A DNA stretch of 64,000 nt from a virus (lineage: Duplodnaviria; Caudoviricetes). Below, piece after piece: positions 59,291-64,000 of this stretch. Under the pieces are notes generated by a model, which ran no database searches, was not told the origin of the DNA, and saw nothing but the letters and a program-made list of their open reading frames with translations. The translations under genes were made by a program, and so were the position numbers. The DNA lies in the IMG/VR virus record IMGVR_UViG_3300033559_000026, positions 4,399 through 68,398 of that record; one strand, 5' to 3'. Positions within the stretch are counted from its first letter, which is position 1. Each line of letters begins with the position of its first letter.

Positions 59291-59984
59291 TTACTATGGC
59301 GGCAAGATGCCCACCCTCACTGGCACAGTAGTCAGCACACATAACATGCGGGTTGCCATTCTCAAGGAATAGGTTCTTGGCATGGTAGTGACCAACTATC
59401 GTATTCCACCCGTCAAGATCATCATGTGGATGATATGTGATTGGCAGCCTACGAGGGTATCCACGGGTATCAAGCTCATTATCCGACTTGCCATACAAGA
59501 AGCCGGTCCAGAACCACTTGGCGACCGTTTTTGTTGGGTCGTTGATGATGTCATAGACCTTCTTCGGGCGCATAGCTACAGCGTGGCTTATAATGAACTT
59601 GTTATCAGCGTCAAGTAGAAAGACATCCATATCCTTGTATATGTTCAGGTATGCTTCCTTGAACTTAGCCATACGGTATTCACCGACAGCCTCAAGAGTA
59701 TCCTTCTGGTCGTTCTTTAGCTCAATGTTCTTCCCGTTGAAGACCCGCAGGTACTTCCAATCATGGTTGCCCACGACAGCCCGTGCCTTGCCCTCTACAA
59801 CGAGTTTGTTTACCGTTTCGACCACCGAGAAGGGGTCGGGTCCACGGTCTACCAAATCGCCTAGAAACACCAACTTCTTGATTCCCATGGCTTCCAACTT
59901 GACAAGCAGTTCCAGAAGGAGTGTATGACACCCGTGAACGTCGCCTATAAAGGCGGTATCTCTAACATCTATGTGATCATATTT
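59241..59984 (-). CDS. Calcineurin-like metallophosphoesterase (PrpA/ApaH-like)
   Basis: GDVHG, GDLVDRG, GNHD. Confidence 0.9.
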   Translation of the reverse strand, partial: KYDHIDVRDTAFIGDVHGCHTLLLELLVKLEAMGIKKLVFLGDLVDRGPDPFSVVETVNKLVVEGKARAVVGNHDWKYLRVFNGKNIELKNDQKDTLEAVGEYRMAKFKEAYLNIYKDMDVFLLDADNKFIISHAVAMRPKKVYDIINDPTKTVAKWFWTGFLYGKSDNELDTRGYPRRLPITYHPHDDLDGWNTIVGHYHAKNLFLENGNPHVMCADYCASEGGHLAAIVINDKLEHNLVFSDSVL

Positions 59985-60044
59985 CATAAACACCATTGTA
60001 GGGCTGTTTTATATTTTTCAAGTATAATGTTTTACGGAGGGCTT

Positions 60045-60266
60045 ATGGGTAAATTTGAGTGCGACCGTGATAAAGAAGAGCTTGACTGGTTCCTGTCAAG
60101 GGAAAAAATCATAAGTAACCGTGAGGAAGCCCGTAAGACCATAGAAGCTGGCGGTATTACCATAAACGGTAAGGTTGTCAAGAAGATAAACTACATACCA
60201 AAGAAGGGTGACAAGTTCTGTGTCACTCACTCAGGAAGAACCATATCGTTTGTTGTTGACTGTTAG
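60045..60266 (+). CDS. S4 RNA-binding domain protein
   Basis: LDWFL...ISNREEARKTIEAGGITINGKVV...GD. Confidence 0.75.
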   Translation: MGKFECDRDKEELDWFLSREKIISNREEARKTIEAGGITINGKVVKKINYIPKKGDKFCVTHSGRTISFVVDC

Positions 60267-61069
60267 CCCTTCTTGATAGCTAATCTGAGAGCCTTGAAAG
60301 CCATGGGGGCTGAGTTGACCGTATCAAGACCATACTGTTTGCCAGCAGTGTCTTCAACTACAACATCATAGAACAGAGTAGCCCACTTCATCTTCATGGT
60401 TCTGGCTAAGTGCATGAATATGTATCTCGCTTCGTCGGGAGAATGGAACTGAGCATTGATAAGAATGAAGTTCTTCCAATCCAATATAGATCCAGTCGCT
60501 ACAGCGTTGACTGCTACTGAATCTGGATACAGGCTATCAAACGCCTGAACTATCTTGTCAGGAGTATCAAGCTTGCTCTTGAAGGCTTGATTACGCAGCG
60601 CCTCAATCTTCTGCCCAAGGTCGTTGATGACAGTTCCATATTGAACAGCCATCTGCTCGTCTACCATGATTGCGGGTGGAACCCAAAAGCTTATCTCTGT
60701 GCGGTTCATATCACCGACTGTCAAGCCGCCTGTAAACTCTCTGAACAAGAAACAGAAGTCACGACTTACGTTGACAAACGACACTGTTGCGGTGATATGC
60801 TTGAACAGCGGGTTGTTGCTATGAGAAACTATTATCTTGTTGTATTCTTCGGTTGACAAGTTCTTAGTGTTCTGGAAGTTGCCTGTTAGCTCCGCAATCG
60901 TTTCTGGAATCTTCTCAATGTCAGTGAGGGTTGTGTTGAGATTGCGCTTCTTTGTTTCATCAGACCATTTCTTATCGTTGGTAGCCGAAACAGCAGAATC
61001 TACAGACTGAGTGTTGATCTTAGTCTCAGCGATGATAAACGCCTGTGGCATGTCGTTTTCTACATTCAT
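60263..61069 (-). CDS. ThyX-fold protein with degenerate active-site motif
   Basis: H..ATVSF.NVSR, W..F, E.R pattern; RHRxxS replaced by FREFTGG. Confidence 0.5.
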   Translation of the reverse strand: MNVENDMPQAFIIAETKINTQSVDSAVSATNDKKWSDETKKRNLNTTLTDIEKIPETIAELTGNFQNTKNLSTEEYNKIIVSHSNNPLFKHITATVSFVNVSRDFCFLFREFTGGLTVGDMNRTEISFWVPPAIMVDEQMAVQYGTVINDLGQKIEALRNQAFKSKLDTPDKIVQAFDSLYPDSVAVNAVATGSILDWKNFILINAQFHSPDEARYIFMHLARTMKMKWATLFYDVVVEDTAGKQYGLDTVNSAPMAFKALRLAIKKG

Positions 61070-61635
61070 ATTCCTGCTAACCTCCAGCGTTGTATTTCGA
61101 AGTCATTGTTTTTCTTTAGCGTCTCAACATTCCATACCTCGTCTTTGAGGTATTCCATATCAAAGTAAGTGTCACCTTCATACTCACCATTTACAAGAGT
61201 CAGAAGAACTTCCGCCACCGGTAGCTTCGACAGAGCTTCATGGTATATCTGAGCGCCACCTATGATGAATAAGTGTTTATCGGAATAGTTACTCATCCAA
61301 TATGAGTAAGCATCTTCAACACTCGCAAATAAACTTACGGACGGCATCTCACATGCAAACATGTCGAGCCGCATATTTCTCGACAATATGAAGTTATCTC
61401 TATTTACCAATGGTTTACGGGGAAGGGAATCCCATGTCTTCCGCCCCATGGCTACAACTTGCCCGTTTGTGGATTCCTTAAAGTGTTTGAAGTCTTCGGG
61501 GAAGTGCCATGGTATCTTGGAGCCGTTGCCGATAAGACCGTTTCTATCACATGCGAGAATGAGCTTGACTTCTTTCACGAGAGAATATCTCCTATAATCA
61601 ATCCGATTGCAAGAGCAATCATCGTTGATGTACAT
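61066..61635 (-). CDS. folA: Dihydrofolate reductase (start uncertain)
   Basis: GLIG..IPWHFPEDFKHFK.T..MGRKTWDSLP.KPL.NR.N.ILSR, IIGGAQIY, GDTYF. Confidence 0.9.
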   Translation of the reverse strand: MYINDDCSCNRIDYRRYSLVKEVKLILACDRNGLIGNGSKIPWHFPEDFKHFKESTNGQVVAMGRKTWDSLPRKPLVNRDNFILSRNMRLDMFACEMPSVSLFASVEDAYSYWMSNYSDKHLFIIGGAQIYHEALSKLPVAEVLLTLVNGEYEGDTYFDMEYLKDEVWNVETLKKNNDFEIQRWRLAGI

Positions 61636-61645
61636 ATTCCAAACA

Positions 61646-61957
61646 TCATTTTATCTTCTTTACTATCTTGGAACGCTTGATAATCAACACCGCTACATCT
61701 TCCAGCAATGTTTGATTGAACTGACCATTATCAGCGAAGAAGTTAAGAATCAACGTCAAACCAGTTTTCAGCTTCTTGTCAAGCTCTTCCAATTCTTTGA
61801 TGACCTTTGCCTTCTTACCATCTTTGGAGAGCATGGCATCTTTGAGATATTCAAGAACTCTACGCTTCTCCGGATCTTTCTCTTTCTCCAAGAGTGCGTC
61901 TAAATCGTAATCCTTCTCATTTTCTTGTGACATCCTTTGCTCCTTTGCCTCTCTCAC
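61646..61957 (-). CDS. Hypothetical protein
   Basis: ORF track. Confidence 0.6.
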   Translation of the reverse strand: MREAKEQRMSQENEKDYDLDALLEKEKDPEKRRVLEYLKDAMLSKDGKKAKVIKELEELDKKLKTGLTLILNFFADNGQFNQTLLEDVAVLIIKRSKIVKKIK

Positions 61958-62405
61958 TATTATACTTGTATTCCAAGATATCCAATAGGAGAGATATATT
62001 CTTCTTGCCAGCAGTCATAGAAATCCATAGATCCCAAAAATCCTTGAAGGATCGGAATGCTCTTTGTAAGTTATATGAACTATCTGGCAGATTGGCAACA
62101 ACAAAGGTTATGCGCCTGCCCTGGTAAGCCTCGTTGTCTGCTTTACCATCAAACTCAAATGTATATTCCTTGTCGCCAGTATGGCTTCCACGCGTGGATA
62201 CCAGTATCCAATCCTTTGAGCCATTGAGGTATTCTACAAACTCAGAAATGGTAATCATATTGCTGAATGTCTGCATATCAATATTTTTGCCGACACCAAG
62301 ACTATCAAGCTTACGGATAAAGTTATCCTCATAGTCTTCAAGGTGTTCTCGAAGCTGTTGATTGGCTTTTTCAAGCTCGGCAATGTATTGGTCTTTATCA
62401 TCCAT
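61917..62405 (-). CDS. YxKQLEE-family outlier (MDDKDQYIAELEKANQQLREHLE)
   Basis: N-terminal motif match. Confidence 0.65.
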   Translation of the reverse strand: MDDKDQYIAELEKANQQLREHLEDYEDNFIRKLDSLGVGKNIDMQTFSNMITISEFVEYLNGSKDWILVSTRGSHTGDKEYTFEFDGKADNEAYQGRRITFVVANLPDSSYNLQRAFRSFKDFWDLWISMTAGKKNISLLLDILEYKYNSERGKGAKDVTRK

Positions 62406-62550
62406 GGTTGTATTATAAGGTTGTATTAGTATAGTCAACGGTGTAGGATTTTGCGACTATACGGTGTGTCACACTGATAATATTGGCGGTATATCCTACA
62501 TCGTATTATCGCAAAAATCAGTATAACTATGAGTAAGAAAGGAGATAATC

Positions 62551-62832
62551 ATGAACAAGATTATCATAGCATTACTCGCAACCGCTTCGCTGGCATTCGC
62601 CGCTGAAGGTGTTGCTCCACACCGCCCATTTGACACCGATGGTGACAAGGCATTGTCGAAGGAAGAATGGGTAGCCAGAGCAGCAGCCCGATTCGATATG
62701 GCTGATGTCAACAAGGATGGGAAGGTTACACCCGACGAAGCAAAAGCATTCCACAAGTCAATGGTGGAGAAGCGGGCTGACCACCGTGAAGACCGCAAAG
62801 AGAAGCGTGAGCAGAATAGAGGGGCTAAGTAA
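62551..62832 (+). CDS. Secreted EF-hand protein
   Basis: Signal peptide MNKIIIALLATASLAFA; DTDGDKALSKEE and DVNKDGKVTPDE. Confidence 0.8.
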   Translation: MNKIIIALLATASLAFAAEGVAPHRPFDTDGDKALSKEEWVARAAARFDMADVNKDGKVTPDEAKAFHKSMVEKRADHREDRKEKREQNRGAK

Positions 62833-62851
62833 AAACTATAAATAACGGCGT

Positions 62852-63391
62852 ATGACAACCGCCGAAGATAAGAAGACTATAGAGGAAATGTGGAAGGCTA
62901 ACTTCTTGAATATAAGAAGAGCTACCATGACCAACGTGGATAATAAGACCCAGCGCATTGTAGTTGGGTTGGAACTCTATGATGTTTGTTTAGACCATCA
63001 GAACAACCTTTATCCATGGGCAAGAGAAGCACTCCAGTATATCTCGGATTGCAACTGCTTCCGTCTATATGTCTGGACCAATCAAGCCGACAAGATAAGT
63101 TCGGCTGTAGTCGATAATATATTCGTTCCTAATGGAATAAAAGTAAAGGGTGTCAATAGCGGGTTCTTTGTCACAAACCCCGACTACTCAAAGACAAAAC
63201 CCTGGATTGATGTTCTCATAGACAAAAGTTCAGGGTTTGACACCAACCATTGGTATTGGGTATATAACCTGTTCAGACTGAGCGACATGCTTATGTGTCA
63301 TAAAGACGATTCGGTTATTCGTAAGATAGTTCAGGGTAACGAGAAGTTTGCGGTTCGACCTACAACAGTAAAAGTGCTGAAGCCACTATAA
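62852..63391 (+). CDS. Hypothetical protein, degenerate HAD-like fold
   Basis: LYVWT, KP..DVLIDK..GF pattern without DxD; late promoter. Confidence 0.4.
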   Translation: MTTAEDKKTIEEMWKANFLNIRRATMTNVDNKTQRIVVGLELYDVCLDHQNNLYPWAREALQYISDCNCFRLYVWTNQADKISSAVVDNIFVPNGIKVKGVNSGFFVTNPDYSKTKPWIDVLIDKSSGFDTNHWYWVYNLFRLSDMLMCHKDDSVIRKIVQGNEKFAVRPTTVKVLKPL

Positions 63392-63395
63392 AAAG

Positions 63396-63428
63396 AAACC
63401 CCAGGTGATGAGCCTGGGGTTTTTCGTT
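63396..63428. terminator. Bidirectional intrinsic terminator
   Basis: AAACCCCAGG-TGATGAG-CCTGGGGTTT between convergent genes. Confidence 0.85.
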
Positions 63429-63445
63429 TCCGTCCCTGGAAACTA

Positions 63446-64000
63446 TCAGCCGAAGAGGCTAAGTATCTGTCCGCTGCGCTGGTTACTCTGCTGGAGAGTC
63501 ATAAGAGCAAGCTGGTATTGAGCAAGCTGCTTGTTCAACTGAACCGACTCTTCCGCCATGTCTGCGTCTTCAATGACGCTCTTAGAAGCGGTTAGCTGCT
63601 CTTTCGTTACGACGAGAGAGTTGAGATTGGATTCGAGTGTGTTTGTTTGGAATGCTCCAAGTGCGCCACGCTGAGTGGTTACATCGTTGATAGCATCGTC
63701 AAGAACACCGAGAACATCGTTGTAGTCGGCTGCGGTTGAATCAAGCCCCTTGACAGCGGCTAAGTTAGCCAACGCGCCGCCTCCACCTGTTCCGAGGTTT
63801 GCGGTTTGCATGTCGGTTATATCCAATGATACGGTTTCACCAGCATTGCCGCCTATCTGGAAATTCTTACCAGTGAAGGTTCCATTAAGAAGCTTAGTAG
63901 TACCAAACTTGGTGTTGTCAGCTATTCTTTCAATAGAATCAACAATGTTATTGAGTTCAGTTTGGTTAGCTACTTTAGCCTCAGCCGAAGTCGCAGCGTC
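63446..64000 (-). CDS. fliC: Flagellin (5'-partial), with very short hypervariable region
   Basis: Frame open to window end: NQTELNNIVDSIERIADNTKFGTTKLLNG..FQIG.N.GE; C-term RGALGAFQTNTLE...S.IEDADMAEE...ILSL. Confidence 0.9.
   Translation of the reverse strand, partial: DAATSAEAKVANQTELNNIVDSIERIADNTKFGTTKLLNGTFTGKNFQIGGNAGETVSLDITDMQTANLGTGGGGALANLAAVKGLDSTAADYNDVLGVLDDAINDVTTQRGALGAFQTNTLESNLNSLVVTKEQLTASKSVIEDADMAEESVQLNKQLAQYQLALMTLQQSNQRSGQILSLFG

Larger units (their letters stand above)
19959..62844 (+). promoter_or_regulatory. T4-type late promoter boxes
   Basis: TATAAATA at 19959, 36159, 42215, 53926, 57202, 62837; variants (G/C)ATAAATA at 24294, 34991, 48724, 52120; all but the 19959 box lie shortly before a start codon. 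Confidence 0.75.

Noticed and set aside
1-64000. tRNA or rRNA genes
   Set aside because: No cloverleaf with T-loop/D-loop consensus was found by eye; a tRNAscan-SE run would be needed to exclude atypical ones.

Overview
This window reads as part of a large T4-like (jumbo) bacteriophage genome. It is gene-dense, mostly short hypothetical ORFs, has many TATAAATA late-promoter boxes, and shows no bacterial housekeeping operons, tRNA or rRNA. It has three parts. (1) Bases 1-19,000: a GC-richer minus-strand arm of small, mostly monocistronic genes, most with their own sigma70-like promoter placed about 6-8 nt before the ATG (leaderless, early-type), interrupted by AT-rich free-standing endonuclease genes. 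(2) About 19,100-20,430: a non-coding divergence region with palindromic and tandem repeats. (3) 20,430-64,000: mostly plus-strand, translationally coupled genes. These include a CheY-like regulator, RNA ligase, hemerythrin, patatin, HAD phosphatases, PTH2, P-loop kinase, 2H phosphoesterases, a nucleotidyltransferase, a two-component operon, a ThyX-like protein, DHFR and a partial flagellin. The two strongest unexplained signals are: (a) a ~125-nt element with compensatory base changes in several stems, present in six copies behind a late promoter and fused to two unrelated endonuclease families, including one endonuclease-less copy and one truncated, terminated copy; (b) about 19 otherwise dissimilar proteins sharing an N-terminal Y-x-K/Q-Q-L-E-E-x-N-x-x-L module. 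All product calls come from motif recognition by eye, without database searches.
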